Of a stretch of 64,000 nucleotides of DNA, positions 38,563-48,817 are shown piece by piece (position 1 is the first letter of the stretch; each line of letters opens with the position of its first letter). The notes under the pieces were generated by a model, which was not told the origin of the DNA, did no database searches, and worked only from the letters and a program-made list of their open reading frames with translations. The stretch is taken from positions 55,939 to 119,938 of the forward strand of contig JAKFCT010000010.1 of assembly GCA_036676495.1 (NCBI GenBank). Direction: 5' to 3'. The DNA comes from Candidatus Sericytochromatia bacterium (lineage in GTDB: Bacteria; Cyanobacteriota; Sericytochromatia; S15B-MN24; UBA4093). The position numbers and the translations under genes were made by a program.

Positions 38563-39929
38563 CCCTCGAAGACATCCTCAAGGCCACCGGGGGCGTTCCC
38601 GCGCCGGGCCTCGCCAACGACCCGGTCACCGGCGTCTCCACCGACACCCGCTCGCTCACGCCGGGCTCGCTCTACGTGCCCTTGAAAGGCGCCAAGTTCG
38701 ACGGCCATGACTTCCTCGACGAGGCGGTCCGGCGCGGGGCCACCACCGCCCTGATCAGCCGCGAAGTCGACATCCCCAAGGGGCTCGGCACCATCCGGGT
38801 CCCCGATACGCTCGCCTCTTACGGCGACCTCGCCCGCTACTGGCGCGAGAAGCTCGGCCTGACCGTCGTGGCCGTGACCGGCAGCTCCGGCAAGACCTCC
38901 ACCAAGGAGATGGTGGCGAGCCTGCTCGGCCAGTACATGGCGGTCGGCAAGACGCACGCCAACTACAACAACGAGATCGGCCTGCCGCGCACCCTCTTGG
39001 AGACGCCTCCCGAGACCCGGGCCTGCGTGCTCGAAATGGGCATGCGCGGCCCCGGAGAGATCGCCTACCTCACCTCGATCGCCCGGCCGAACGTCGGCAT
39101 CCTCACCAACATCGGGACCGCGCATATCGGACGGCTGGGCAGCCGGGAGGCGATCGCCCGGGCCAAGGCCGAGCTGCTGCGCATCGGAGGGCCCACCATG
39201 GCCGCGGTCATCAACCATGACGACCCCTACGCCATGGCGCAGGCCGCCGATCACCCCGGCCCGCTGGCCACCTTCAGCCTCCACGACCCCAAGGCCACCC
39301 TCTGGGCGGAAGGCAACGGGCGCACGTTCCTCGCCCACTGGCAGGCGGGCCCCACGATGGAAGCCGGCTCGACCCGCGTGACCCTCCCGTTCCTCGGCGA
39401 CCACCACCGGGCCAACGCCCTCGCCGCCCTGGCCACGGCCTGGCACCTGGGCTTGCCCCTCCCCGAAGCCGTGGCCATCGCGCCAGAAGCCCTTCCGGGC
39501 CGCGCCCGCACCCTCTCCGTCGCGGGAGTGGAGATCGTGGACGAGACCTATAACGCCAATCCCGAGTCCATGCGCATGACCATCCAGGCCTTCTGCCAGG
39601 AAGAAACGCAGGGACGCCGCTTCCTGGCCATCGGCCAGATGGGCGAGCTCGGCGAGTACGCCGTGACGGCGCATCGCGAGCTCGGAGAGCTGATCGCCCA
39701 GCTGCCCATCGCCGGCGTCGTCACCATGGGAGAGCTGGCCCAGCACGTCAGCGAAGCCCTGCCGGGCCGCTCCGAGCATGTGCCGGATCACGCGGCGGGC
39801 GCGGAGGTCCTGGCCTCCTGGCTGAAGCCCGGCGATCGGCTCTTCGTGAAGGGTTCGCGTTCCATGCAGATGGAAGTCCTCATCTCGCAAGTCGTCCAAC
39901 GGCTAGAAGGGAAGCCCACTCCTCGATGA
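38556..39929 (+). CDS. murF: UDP-MurNAc-pentapeptide synthetase
   Basis: GSSGKTSTKE, NNEIGLP, YNANPES, VKGSR. Confidence 0.95.
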   Translation: MLTLEDILKATGGVPAPGLANDPVTGVSTDTRSLTPGSLYVPLKGAKFDGHDFLDEAVRRGATTALISREVDIPKGLGTIRVPDTLASYGDLARYWREKLGLTVVAVTGSSGKTSTKEMVASLLGQYMAVGKTHANYNNEIGLPRTLLETPPETRACVLEMGMRGPGEIAYLTSIARPNVGILTNIGTAHIGRLGSREAIARAKAELLRIGGPTMAAVINHDDPYAMAQAADHPGPLATFSLHDPKATLWAEGNGRTFLAHWQAGPTMEAGSTRVTLPFLGDHHRANALAALATAWHLGLPLPEAVAIAPEALPGRARTLSVAGVEIVDETYNANPESMRMTIQAFCQEETQGRRFLAIGQMGELGEYAVTAHRELGELIAQLPIAGVVTMGELAQHVSEALPGRSEHVPDHAAGAEVLASWLKPGDRLFVKGSRSMQMEVLISQVVQRLEGKPTPR

Positions 39930-40900
39930 TCCCCCTTTCGCTCGCGCTCGTCGCGACCGCCCTCCTGGCAATCGCCATCGGCAAACCCTTCATCGCCTAC
40001 CTCAAGGCCTGGAAGATCGGACAGAGCATCCGCAAGGAAGGTCCGCAGTCCCACCATGCCAAGGCGGGCACGCCCACCATGGGCGGCTGGATCATCGTGG
40101 CCCCGGCCCTCCTCGTCACGCTGACCGTCACCTTGCTCTCGGGAGGTCGCCCCAGCGCCGACCTCCTGGCCGTCATGGGCGTCGTGCTGGGCTATGCCTT
40201 CATCGGCTGGCTCGATGACTACCTGATCATCAAGAAGCGCTCGAACAAGGGGCTGAGCGCCCGCCAGAAGCTGGCGGGGCAGATCGCCCTCGGCGCGGCC
40301 TTCGCGCTCTACCTGGCCCTGACGGGCCATGGCACCACGGTCATGGTGCCGGGCGTGCATACGCTCTTCGACCTGGGCTGGCTCTACTACCCGCTCTTGG
40401 TGCTGGTGATGGTGGGGACCACCAACGCCGTGAACCTGACCGACGGGCTCGACGGGCTCGCCGCGGGGACCATGGCGATCGCCTTCGCGGGGCTCGCCTG
40501 GCTGCTCTCCCAGTACGCCAGCTTCGCCAGCCTCGGCGGAATCACCCTGCTCCTGCTGACCCTGGTCGGTGGGTGCCTGGGCTTCTTGTGGTACAACTCC
40601 CATCCGGCCCAGGTCTTCATGGGGGATACCGGATCGCTGGCGCTGGGCGGGGCGATCGCGGCATGCGCCGTGATGGGCCGCCTCGAGCTCTACCTGATCC
40701 CCCTGGGCATCATCTTCGTCGCGGAGACCCTCTCGGTCATCCTGCAGGTCTGGTCCTTCAAGACCACCGGCAAGCGCATCTTCAAGATGAGCCCGCTTCA
40801 TCACCACTTCGAGCTCTCGGGATGGGCCGAGACCAAGGTGGTACAACGCTTCTATCTGGTCGGCGGCCTGATGGCCCTGTTGACCATCGCTTTACTATAG
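39926..40900 (+). CDS. mraY: phospho-MurNAc-pentapeptide transferase
   Basis: GTPTMGG, NAVNLTDGLDGL, FMGDTGS, PLHHHFE. Confidence 0.97.
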   Translation: MIPLSLALVATALLAIAIGKPFIAYLKAWKIGQSIRKEGPQSHHAKAGTPTMGGWIIVAPALLVTLTVTLLSGGRPSADLLAVMGVVLGYAFIGWLDDYLIIKKRSNKGLSARQKLAGQIALGAAFALYLALTGHGTTVMVPGVHTLFDLGWLYYPLLVLVMVGTTNAVNLTDGLDGLAAGTMAIAFAGLAWLLSQYASFASLGGITLLLLTLVGGCLGFLWYNSHPAQVFMGDTGSLALGGAIAACAVMGRLELYLIPLGIIFVAETLSVILQVWSFKTTGKRIFKMSPLHHHFELSGWAETKVVQRFYLVGGLMALLTIALL

Positions 40901-40928
40901 GTTGGGCGCGATGTCGCCTGGAGGTGTC

Positions 40929-42317
40929 ATGGATTGGCAGAATAAGCGGGTCGCGGTACTCGGACTCGGCAAGAGCGGCCTCGCGATCGCGAAGGTGCTC
41001 GCCGCCAAGGGGGCCCGCGTGATCGCGAGCGATGCGCGCACCCGCGAGGAGCTGCAGGAGGTCGCCGCCGAGCTCCCCGAAGGCGTGGACCTGGAAGCCG
41101 GCAGCCACGCCAACGCGTGCATCGAAGCCGATCTGATCGTGGTCAGCCCCGGAGTTCCGGGCGCCTTGCCGGTCTTGCAGGCCGCCGAAGCGGATGGCGT
41201 GGAAGTGATCGGCGAGATCGAACTCGCCTACCGGCTCGCGCAGGCGGGCCCCGCCGCTCCGATCGTCGCCATCACGGGAACCAACGGCAAGACCACCACC
41301 ACGACGCTCGTGGGGGAGATCTTCAAGGCCGCCGGCCTCAACGCCCCCCTGGGCGGAAACATCGGCCATCCGTTGGTCCTACTGGCCGAAGAGCCTGCCG
41401 ATTGGCTGATCGCCGAGGTCTCGAGCTTCCAGCTGGAGACCGTTCACCAGTTCCGGCCGCATATCGCGGCCTGGTTGAACTTCACCGACGATCACCTGAA
41501 CCGGCACGGCACCCGGGAGGCGTACTTCGCCGCCAAGAAGCGGATCTTCGCGCAGCAGACGCCGGACGACTGGGCCGTCCTCAACGCCGACGATCCGGCG
41601 CTATCGGCCCTGATCGACGGGCTGACGGCGCGGGTGCTGCCCTTCAGTCTATCGGGGACGATCGCCCAGGGCATCGTGATCTCGGACGGGTGGATCGTCT
41701 GGCGCCAGGACGGCGACGAGGTTCCGGTCGCTCCCATCGCCGACATCCAGCTGCGCGGGGAGCATAACCTCGAGAACTGCCTGGCGGCGACGGCCATGGC
41801 GCTGGCCGCCGGGATCGCCCCCGGCACCATCGCGCATGCCCTGCGGGAGTTCCGGGCGGTCGAGCACCGGATCGAGCCGGTGGCCGTGATCGACGGGGCC
41901 CAGTGGTACAACGATTCCAAGGGCACCAACTACGACTCGACCATCAAGGCGATCGAATCCTTCAACGAGCCCTTGGTGTTGATTGCGGGCGGCCGGGACA
42001 AGGGCGGGGCGATCACGCCGATGATCGACGCGATCGCCCGGCGGGTTTCCCATACCGTGCTGATCGGCGAGGCCGCTCCCTACTTCGAGCGGGTCCTGCG
42101 GGCGGCCGGCTACGAGGCCATCACCTTGGCCGCCGATCTTCCCGCGGCGCTGCAGGCGGCGCGCGCCCATGCCGTCACGGGCGGGGTGGTGCTCTTCTCG
42201 CCGGCATGCGCGTCGTTCGACATGTTCCGCAACTACGAGGAGCGGGGGCGCCTGTTCAAGGAGCAGGTGCGGAGCCTGGCCGTGGCCCCCGTCGATGAGG
42301 TCTCCACGCAGGCATGA
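40929..42317 (+). CDS. murD: UDP-MurNAc-L-Ala:D-Glu ligase
   Basis: GLGKSG, GTNGKTT, EVSSFQLE, NDSKGTN, SPACASFD. Confidence 0.96.
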   Translation: MDWQNKRVAVLGLGKSGLAIAKVLAAKGARVIASDARTREELQEVAAELPEGVDLEAGSHANACIEADLIVVSPGVPGALPVLQAAEADGVEVIGEIELAYRLAQAGPAAPIVAITGTNGKTTTTTLVGEIFKAAGLNAPLGGNIGHPLVLLAEEPADWLIAEVSSFQLETVHQFRPHIAAWLNFTDDHLNRHGTREAYFAAKKRIFAQQTPDDWAVLNADDPALSALIDGLTARVLPFSLSGTIAQGIVISDGWIVWRQDGDEVPVAPIADIQLRGEHNLENCLAATAMALAAGIAPGTIAHALREFRAVEHRIEPVAVIDGAQWYNDSKGTNYDSTIKAIESFNEPLVLIAGGRDKGGAITPMIDAIARRVSHTVLIGEAAPYFERVLRAAGYEAITLAADLPAALQAARAHAVTGGVVLFSPACASFDMFRNYEERGRLFKEQVRSLAVAPVDEVSTQA

Positions 42318-43462
42318 GCCGGCTGAACCGAGGCTGGCGCTCGCGACCTGACCTCTCCCTGCTGACGATCGTCTTGATCCTGACGGTCTTCGGCTTCTTC
42401 ATGATTCTCAGCGCCTCGGCCCCCATGGCGGTCACCACGAGCGGAGACACCCTGGTCTTCGTCCGGAAGCAAGCCATCTGGGCCGTGGTCGGCCTGGTGG
42501 CGATGGGGCTGGGCATGGTGCTCTCGCTCGATCGCTTGAGAGGGCTGACCCGGCCGATCCTGATCGTCTCTGCGCTGCTCCTGATCGCCACCCACATCCC
42601 CGGGATGGGGCACACGGTCTACGGGGCCACCCGCTGGCTGAAACTGGGGCCCTTCTCGGTGCAGCCGTCCGAACTCGCCAAGATCGCGCTCGTGCTCTTC
42701 TTGGCGGACTTCCTGGCACGGCATCCCCAGAAGGGCTGGAGCCTCTTGAAGGAGCAGCGCCAAGTCCTGCTTCCCCTGGGGGGCATGCTCGGCCTGGTGC
42801 TCTTCCAGCCCGATCTCGGCAGCACGCTCATGCTGGCGCTCTGCTGCTTCGTGCTCTTCCTGGTGAACGGAACGGCCGTCTGGAAGATGGCCTTCCTGGC
42901 GATCACGGGGGCCGTGGCCGTCTTCGCCTACTCCTGGAACACCGAGTACCAGCGGCTGCGCTGGCTCGCCTTGTTCGACCCCTGGAAGTACCCCAAGGAC
43001 ATCGGCTTCCAGACGATCCAGTCCCTGCTGGCCATCGGGTCGGGCGGCATCTTCGGCATGGGCTACGGGCAGGGCAAGCAGAAGCTCTTCTACCTGCCCA
43101 TCCAGCACTCCGACTTCATCTTCGCCGTGATCGCCGAGGAATGGGGGCTTCTGGGGGCCGTGGGCACGGTGCTGCTGTTCTTGGCGCTGGCCCAGCGAGG
43201 CTTCGCGATCGCCAACCGGGCGACCAACCCGTTCCACCAGTTGCTCGTCGTGGGCATCACCACGCTGATCGTGGCCCAGGCGTTCATCAACATCGGAGTG
43301 GTGATCGGCGTCCTGCCGACCACCGGGATCCCGCTGCCCTTCCTGAGCTCGGGCGGCACCAGCCTCCTGGTGACGCTCTTCGGGGTCGGGCTGATCCTCA
43401 ACGTATCCCGCCAGAGCCAGGCTCAGTTGCGCCTCTTGAAGCACGGGGAGGTTCCCGCATGA
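42314..43462 (+). CDS. ftsW: SEDS peptidoglycan glycosyltransferase FtsW
   Basis: QPSELAK, QPDLG, DFIFAVIAEEWG, PLPFLSSGGTS. Confidence 0.93.
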   Translation: MSRLNRGWRSRPDLSLLTIVLILTVFGFFMILSASAPMAVTTSGDTLVFVRKQAIWAVVGLVAMGLGMVLSLDRLRGLTRPILIVSALLLIATHIPGMGHTVYGATRWLKLGPFSVQPSELAKIALVLFLADFLARHPQKGWSLLKEQRQVLLPLGGMLGLVLFQPDLGSTLMLALCCFVLFLVNGTAVWKMAFLAITGAVAVFAYSWNTEYQRLRWLALFDPWKYPKDIGFQTIQSLLAIGSGGIFGMGYGQGKQKLFYLPIQHSDFIFAVIAEEWGLLGAVGTVLLFLALAQRGFAIANRATNPFHQLLVVGITTLIVAQAFINIGVVIGVLPTTGIPLPFLSSGGTSLLVTLFGVGLILNVSRQSQAQLRLLKHGEVPA

Positions 43463-44547
43463 GTGTTCTTTTCGCCGGTGGCGGCACCGGAGGCCACCTC
43501 TACCCCGCGCTCGCGCTGGCCGAGGAAATCACGCAGCAGCGCCCGGATTGGCCGATCGCCTTCATGGGGACTTCGAGCCGCATGGAGGCGCAGCTGGTGC
43601 CGCAGCACGGCTACCCCTTCTACCCGGTGACCGTCGTCGGGATGCCGCGCAAGCTCGGCCCCGAGCTGCTGCGCTTCGGCAAGACGCTCGCCGGATCCGT
43701 CGGCGAGGCCCGTCGGATCATCCGGCAGGTCCAGCCGCGGATCGTGGTGGGGACCGGCGGCTACGTGAGCGCTCCGGCCGTCCTCGCCGCGCGCCTGGAA
43801 GGGATCCCCGCGGTCATCTGCGAGCAGAACGTCTTTCCGGGCCTGGCCAACCGCGCCCTGGCCCCGGTCGCGACGAGGGTCTTCACGACCTTCCCCGCGA
43901 GCGATCGCTACTTTCCCAGGGGCAAGGTCGAATGTCTCGGCAACCCCATCCGGCCCGAGGCCTACCGGCTCAGCCGGGACGAGGCCCGCGCGAAACTCGG
44001 CTTCCCGTCGGTCCCCCACCTCCTGCTCGTGACGGGGGGTAGCCTGGGGGCCAAGAGCATCAACCGGGCGACGGTGGAGGCGCTGGGGGCTTGGCTGTCG
44101 CATCCGGACTGGGCCGTTTTGCATGTGGCCGGCAAGGGCGACATGCAGGCGGTCACGGAGTTGACCGCAGCGTATCGCGAGGAGCCGCGCTACCGGCTGG
44201 TCGAGTTCCTGGGGGAGATGCCGGCAGCGATCGCCGCGGCGGATCTGGTGGTCTCCCGGGCGGGAGCGACCACGCTGGCCGAGTTGACCGCCGCGCGCAA
44301 GCCCATGGTGCTGGTGCCGTTCCAGTTCGGGGGGAAGGATCAGCCCGCCAATGCCCGGTCGCTCTCGGAAGCGCACGCGGCGATCGCCCTCGACGACCGC
44401 GATCTCGGGGGCCTGGGCGACGCGGTATCGGCCTTGATGTCGGATGCCGAGCGCCGGGGACTGATGAGCGAGGCCAGTCGGCAGTTCGGAAGGCCGGATG
44501 CCGCTCAGCGCATCGTCGAGCGCCTGATCGAGCTGGCTTCGCGCTGA
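43459..44547 (+). CDS. murG: lipid II GlcNAc transferase
   Basis: GGGTGGHLYP, GGYVS, GNPIR, GGSLGA, SRAGA. Confidence 0.96.
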   Translation: MSVLFAGGGTGGHLYPALALAEEITQQRPDWPIAFMGTSSRMEAQLVPQHGYPFYPVTVVGMPRKLGPELLRFGKTLAGSVGEARRIIRQVQPRIVVGTGGYVSAPAVLAARLEGIPAVICEQNVFPGLANRALAPVATRVFTTFPASDRYFPRGKVECLGNPIRPEAYRLSRDEARAKLGFPSVPHLLLVTGGSLGAKSINRATVEALGAWLSHPDWAVLHVAGKGDMQAVTELTAAYREEPRYRLVEFLGEMPAAIAAADLVVSRAGATTLAELTAARKPMVLVPFQFGGKDQPANARSLSEAHAAIALDDRDLGGLGDAVSALMSDAERRGLMSEASRQFGRPDAAQRIVERLIELASR

Positions 44548-44731
44548 TCTCCGAGCGAAAGCCGTGCGCTCCGCTCTCCGGTCGCGAGGCCGGAAAGCGG
44601 CAAAAAAACCTGACAAAATGTAACTTCGGTTGTAAGCTATTAACTCCGGTTTGAATCCCCGGATCTTTGCGTATAGAAAGGGAGCCGGGCCAGCGGCCCG
44701 CCCTTTCGCGTCGATTGAGAGGACCCCAGTT

Positions 44732-46123
44732 GTGATCACCCCGCACGCGCTACACTTCATCGGGATCGGCGGCGTCGGCATGAGCGCCATCGCCCAGATC
44801 ATTCACCAGCGCGGCGGCAAGGTGACCGGATCCGATCAGGCGACTTCCCCCACGGTGGCGCGTCTCCAGGCGCTGGGCATTCCCATCACCGTGGGCCATG
44901 ACGCGTCGAACCTCGGCGACACCCAGGCCATCGTCACGTCGACGGCCGTGGGCGTGGACAATCCCGAGGTCGCCGAGGCCATCTCGCGGGGCCTCAAGAA
45001 CTACCACCGCTCCGAGGTGCTGGCCCAGTTGATGGCCTCCCATCGCAGCGTCGCGGTCTGCGGCACCCACGGCAAGACGACGACCACGGGCATGATGGCC
45101 TCGATCCTGGTCAAGGCCGGCTGGGATCCCACCGTGCTGGTCGGAGGCGACCTGCCGCTGATCGGCGGCACGGCCCGTGCCGGCCAAAGCCCTTACCTGG
45201 TCGCCGAATCCGACGAGTCCGACAAGTCGATCGTACGCCTGACCGCCGAGTGGGTCATCCTCACCAACCTGGAAGCCGACCACCTCGACCATTACCGGGA
45301 CTTCGACGAGATCCTGAGCACCTTCGAGCAGTTCATCAACGCCCTTCCCGCGGGAGCGTTGGTGGTGGCCTGCCATGACGATCCCGGCGTCCAGCAGCTG
45401 CTTCCGCGCCTCAAGGCCAAGGTGCTGACGTACGGCTTCGACGCGGGCGCGGACTACCGGATCGAGGACGCCTCCCTGAGCGGGGCCGGAGCCCAGTTCA
45501 CGATGACCGGCGGGGACGAGCGGGCCTCGTACGAGCTGCGGGTCTCGGGTCGACATAACGTTTCGAACGCGGCGGCCACGATCGTGGTGGCAAGGCTGAT
45601 GGGGCTTGGATCCGAGGAGATCCGGCCGGGCCTCGCGAGCTTCACCGGAGTGGGGCGGCGCTTCCAGTCCCACGGGACGGCGGCGGGCGTCACGGTGGTG
45701 GACGATTACGCCCACCATCCGACCGAGATCCGCGCCACGCTGGCGGCGGCCAAGCTCCTCGGCAACCCGGTCTGGGCGGTCTTCCAGCCCCACCGCTACT
45801 CGCGCACGGCGGCCCTTTTCGAGGAGTTCGCCACCTGCTTCCAGGACGTGGACGGCCTCGCCCTCATGGACGTGTACGCCGCCGGCGAACCGTCCAACGG
45901 AGTCTCCTCCGAGTCCTTGATCGCGCGGATGCGTGAGCTGGACCCGACGCGGGAGGTCTTTCACTGGGGCTCGGCCCATGACGTGCTCGAGGCCCTGCCC
46001 ACCCATGTCCACCCCGGCGACCTGGTCCTGCTGATGGGGGCCGGCAACGTCAACAAGCTCGCCGAGCCCTTGCTCGAACGCCTGCGGATGGCCGAGGCCA
46101 CCCGCACCACCGCTCCGGCCTAG
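44732..46123 (+). CDS. murC: UDP-MurNAc:L-Ala ligase
   Basis: HFIGIGGVGMS, GTHGKTTT, DDYAHHPTE, FQPHRYSRT. Confidence 0.96.
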   Translation: MITPHALHFIGIGGVGMSAIAQIIHQRGGKVTGSDQATSPTVARLQALGIPITVGHDASNLGDTQAIVTSTAVGVDNPEVAEAISRGLKNYHRSEVLAQLMASHRSVAVCGTHGKTTTTGMMASILVKAGWDPTVLVGGDLPLIGGTARAGQSPYLVAESDESDKSIVRLTAEWVILTNLEADHLDHYRDFDEILSTFEQFINALPAGALVVACHDDPGVQQLLPRLKAKVLTYGFDAGADYRIEDASLSGAGAQFTMTGGDERASYELRVSGRHNVSNAAATIVVARLMGLGSEEIRPGLASFTGVGRRFQSHGTAAGVTVVDDYAHHPTEIRATLAAAKLLGNPVWAVFQPHRYSRTAALFEEFATCFQDVDGLALMDVYAAGEPSNGVSSESLIARMRELDPTREVFHWGSAHDVLEALPTHVHPGDLVLLMGAGNVNKLAEPLLERLRMAEATRTTAPA

Positions 46124-46127
46124 ACCC

Positions 46128-47060
46128 ATGCCCATGCCCGAAATTCGTGAAAACGTTCCTCTCGCCACCCTCACCAGCTGGAGAGTGGGGGGTCCCGCGC
46201 GCTACTTCGCCGAGCCCGGCTCCGTCGACGAGGTCAAGGAGCTCGTGCTCTGGGCCCAGCGCGAGGCCCATCCCTGGATGGTCATCGGGAAGGGAAGCAA
46301 CCTCCTGATCTCCGATGAGGGCTTCAAGGGGCTGGTCATCCGGCTTTCGGACAAGTTTGGAGCGGTGACGATCGCGGACGGGTTGCTGCGGGCCCAGGCG
46401 GGCTGCTCGACGATGGCGGCGGTCAAGGCCGGCGCGCAGGCGGGCTGGGGCGGAGTCGAGTTCCTCTCGACGATTCCCGGCACGATCGGCGGCACGGTCT
46501 TCATGAACGCCGGCGCCCACCAGTCCTGCCTGGCCGACATCCTGGTCGAGGCGACCCTGCTCCTTCCGGACGGCTCGGTGATCGTGGAGCCGGCCTCGGG
46601 CCTGAACTATCGCTACCGCTACTCGAACCTGCGCGAGCGGGGAGCCATCGTGCTCGAGGCCGTCATCCGGCTGCAGCCGAAGAAGGCGGAAGACGTCCAG
46701 GAGGAAGTGAAAGCGCTCTCCAAGTGGCGCCGGGAGCGGCAGCCCCAGGGCCTTTCGGCGGGTTCGGTCTTCACCAATCCGGCCATGGCCTCGGCAGGCA
46801 AGCTCATCGAGGAAGCCGGTTTGAAGGGCGAGACCCTCGGCCGCGCCCAGGTCTCGACGGTGCATGCGAACTTCATCGTGAACCTGGGGGGAGCGACGGC
46901 CGCTGACGTCAACGGCTTGATCATGCGGATCCAGGAGCGGATATTCGCCCGTCACGGGTTCTGGCTGCACCCGGAAGTGGTGGGGGTCGGACTCGACGTC
47001 GGTCATCCGGAGGCGAAACACCCCGAGGCGACTCATGACCCGGCGCAAGCGGGGGCCTAG
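46128..47060 (+). CDS. murB: UDP-N-acetylenolpyruvoylglucosamine reductase
   Basis: VGGPA, GKGSNLL, IPGTIGG..MNAGA, GSVFTNP, HANFIVN. Confidence 0.95.
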   Translation: MPMPEIRENVPLATLTSWRVGGPARYFAEPGSVDEVKELVLWAQREAHPWMVIGKGSNLLISDEGFKGLVIRLSDKFGAVTIADGLLRAQAGCSTMAAVKAGAQAGWGGVEFLSTIPGTIGGTVFMNAGAHQSCLADILVEATLLLPDGSVIVEPASGLNYRYRYSNLRERGAIVLEAVIRLQPKKAEDVQEEVKALSKWRRERQPQGLSAGSVFTNPAMASAGKLIEEAGLKGETLGRAQVSTVHANFIVNLGGATAADVNGLIMRIQERIFARHGFWLHPEVVGVGLDVGHPEAKHPEATHDPAQAGA

Positions 47061-47730
47061 CCTCTTCGCGGGGATCCTCCAGGCCTTCGTGCTGGGGGGA
47101 GCGGCGGTGGCCCTCTGGGCCATGCCGCAGTGGACCTGGGAAGGGGACTTGAAAGTCCTCGGCGCCAAGCGGCTCTTGGCGGCCCCTTTGGCCGAGACGC
47201 TCTCCGGGCGGAAGGGCCTGCCGCTCTACCGGATCGATCCGCGCGAGATTCGCGAGGAGGTCCTGAAGAACCCGGCGATCGCGGACGCCAAGGTGCGGCG
47301 CTGGTTGTTCCCGGCGCGGCTCGAGGTCACCTTGCGGGAGCGCGAGCCGCTGGCGCGGTTGAAAGACGGGCAGGTCGTCGATTTCGACGGAGTGGTCTTC
47401 CGGGTTCCCGAGGGGCGGGACGTGAAGCTGGAGCTGCACGCGCCCTTGAAAGAGGGGCGTCTGGAAGGCGAGCCGTTGCGGGCATTGCGGGAATTGGCGC
47501 TCTACGGCCAGGGTTTGGCGGGCACGGTGGACATGACGCGTCCGGGGGAATGGACGGGGAGGTTGAACGGGGTTGAGATCCGGTTTGGCGAGGGACGGGC
47601 GATCGCTGAGAAACTTCACGTGTTCCGGCACCTTCTCCCCCTAGCCATCACGGGATCCCGGGCGGTAGAATACGTTGACCTACGATCCCCTGAGTCTCCG
47701 GTCGTGAAAGGTTCCGACTCCACGCACTGA
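47035..47730 (+). CDS. ftsQ: cell division protein FtsQ/DivIB-like
   Basis: TM plus POTRA-like region (V.RWLFPARLEVTLRER) and C-terminal YVDLR. Confidence 0.75.
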   Translation: MTRRKRGPSLFAGILQAFVLGGAAVALWAMPQWTWEGDLKVLGAKRLLAAPLAETLSGRKGLPLYRIDPREIREEVLKNPAIADAKVRRWLFPARLEVTLREREPLARLKDGQVVDFDGVVFRVPEGRDVKLELHAPLKEGRLEGEPLRALRELALYGQGLAGTVDMTRPGEWTGRLNGVEIRFGEGRAIAEKLHVFRHLLPLAITGSRAVEYVDLRSPESPVVKGSDSTH

Positions 47731-47731
47731 C

Positions 47732-48448
47732 ATGGAAAAAAATTGGCAGTTACCCGTCTCCATCGTGTCGATCATCGTCGGGTTTCTGGTCACCACGCAA
47801 ATCAAGAGCCAATCGGAGCAGCGCGAGATGCTGCCGAGCCGCCGCCTGGAAGATCTGGTCTTCATGTTGAAGACCTCCGAGCAGCGCAACCAGGATCTGC
47901 TCAAGGAGCTTTCGACCCTTCGAGCGCAAGTCAAGGAGCTGGAGTCCGGGAAGATCCGGCTCGCCAAGAAGCAAGAGGCGTCGCTGGATCTCGCGGCAGG
48001 TCTCTCGGCGGTGTCGGGGCAGGGCCTCGAGGTGATCGTGCAGGACTCGGCCAAGCCGCTGACGAAGGGGGAGGATCCCAACACGGCGATCGTTCACAAC
48101 GACGACCTGCTGAGGCTGGTGAACGAGCTCAAGGCCGGCGGGGCGGAGGTCGTGTCGGTGAACGATCAGCGCCTGGTGGACACGTCGGAGATCACGTGCG
48201 CGGGCACGACCATCTTGGTCAACAAGACGCGGATCGCGCCGCCTTTCGTGATCAAGGCGATCGGGGAGCCGCAGACGATGGAAGCCGCCTTGAACATGCG
48301 CGGCGGGATCCTGGAATACTTGCAATTCTACGGAATCCAAGTTAGCATATCGAGAAAGTCCGAGGTCCTGATCCCGATGTACAGCGGCGGGAGCCAGTAC
48401 AAGTACGCCAAGCCGGTGCCGCCGGCTGCTCCCCAGGAGAGCAAGTAA
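47732..48448 (+). CDS. DUF881 family protein (YlxW/YlxX-like)
   Basis: GLSAVSGQG, IVHNDDL..LVNEL..GGAE.VSVN.QR, PPFVIKAIG. Confidence 0.88.
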   Translation: MEKNWQLPVSIVSIIVGFLVTTQIKSQSEQREMLPSRRLEDLVFMLKTSEQRNQDLLKELSTLRAQVKELESGKIRLAKKQEASLDLAAGLSAVSGQGLEVIVQDSAKPLTKGEDPNTAIVHNDDLLRLVNELKAGGAEVVSVNDQRLVDTSEITCAGTTILVNKTRIAPPFVIKAIGEPQTMEAALNMRGGILEYLQFYGIQVSISRKSEVLIPMYSGGSQYKYAKPVPPAAPQESK

Positions 48449-48795
48449 TGGGAGTCATTGTCACTCTCGGAGGATTGGCCGTCGGGGTCCTCTTGGGCAT
48501 CTTCATGCCGTGGAGCATCCCTCAAGCCATGTCGAAGTACATGGCCGTGGCGATCGTAGCCGCCCTGGACACGGGGCTGGGAGGCATCCGTTCCGGTCTG
48601 GAGGGACGCTTCGGGCTCGCAGTATTTATCAGTGGGTTCACGGCGAATACGCTTCTGGCGGCGGGGTTGACCTACCTCGGCGACATGCTGGGCGGCGATC
48701 TGTACCTGGCGGCGATCGTCGTCTTCGGAGTCCGGATCTTCGAAAACCTCGCCAAGATTCGGCGACTGATCCTGGGTCGGTTCTGGTCATTTTAA
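48448..48795 (+). CDS. small basic protein Sbp (DUF1290)
   Basis: Y.AVAIVAALD..GGIR, FGVRIF.NLA.IRR. Confidence 0.85.
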   Translation: MGVIVTLGGLAVGVLLGIFMPWSIPQAMSKYMAVAIVAALDTGLGGIRSGLEGRFGLAVFISGFTANTLLAAGLTYLGDMLGGDLYLAAIVVFGVRIFENLAKIRRLILGRFWSF

Positions 48796-48817
48796 CGGAA
48801 GGCATAGGTAGGGCATC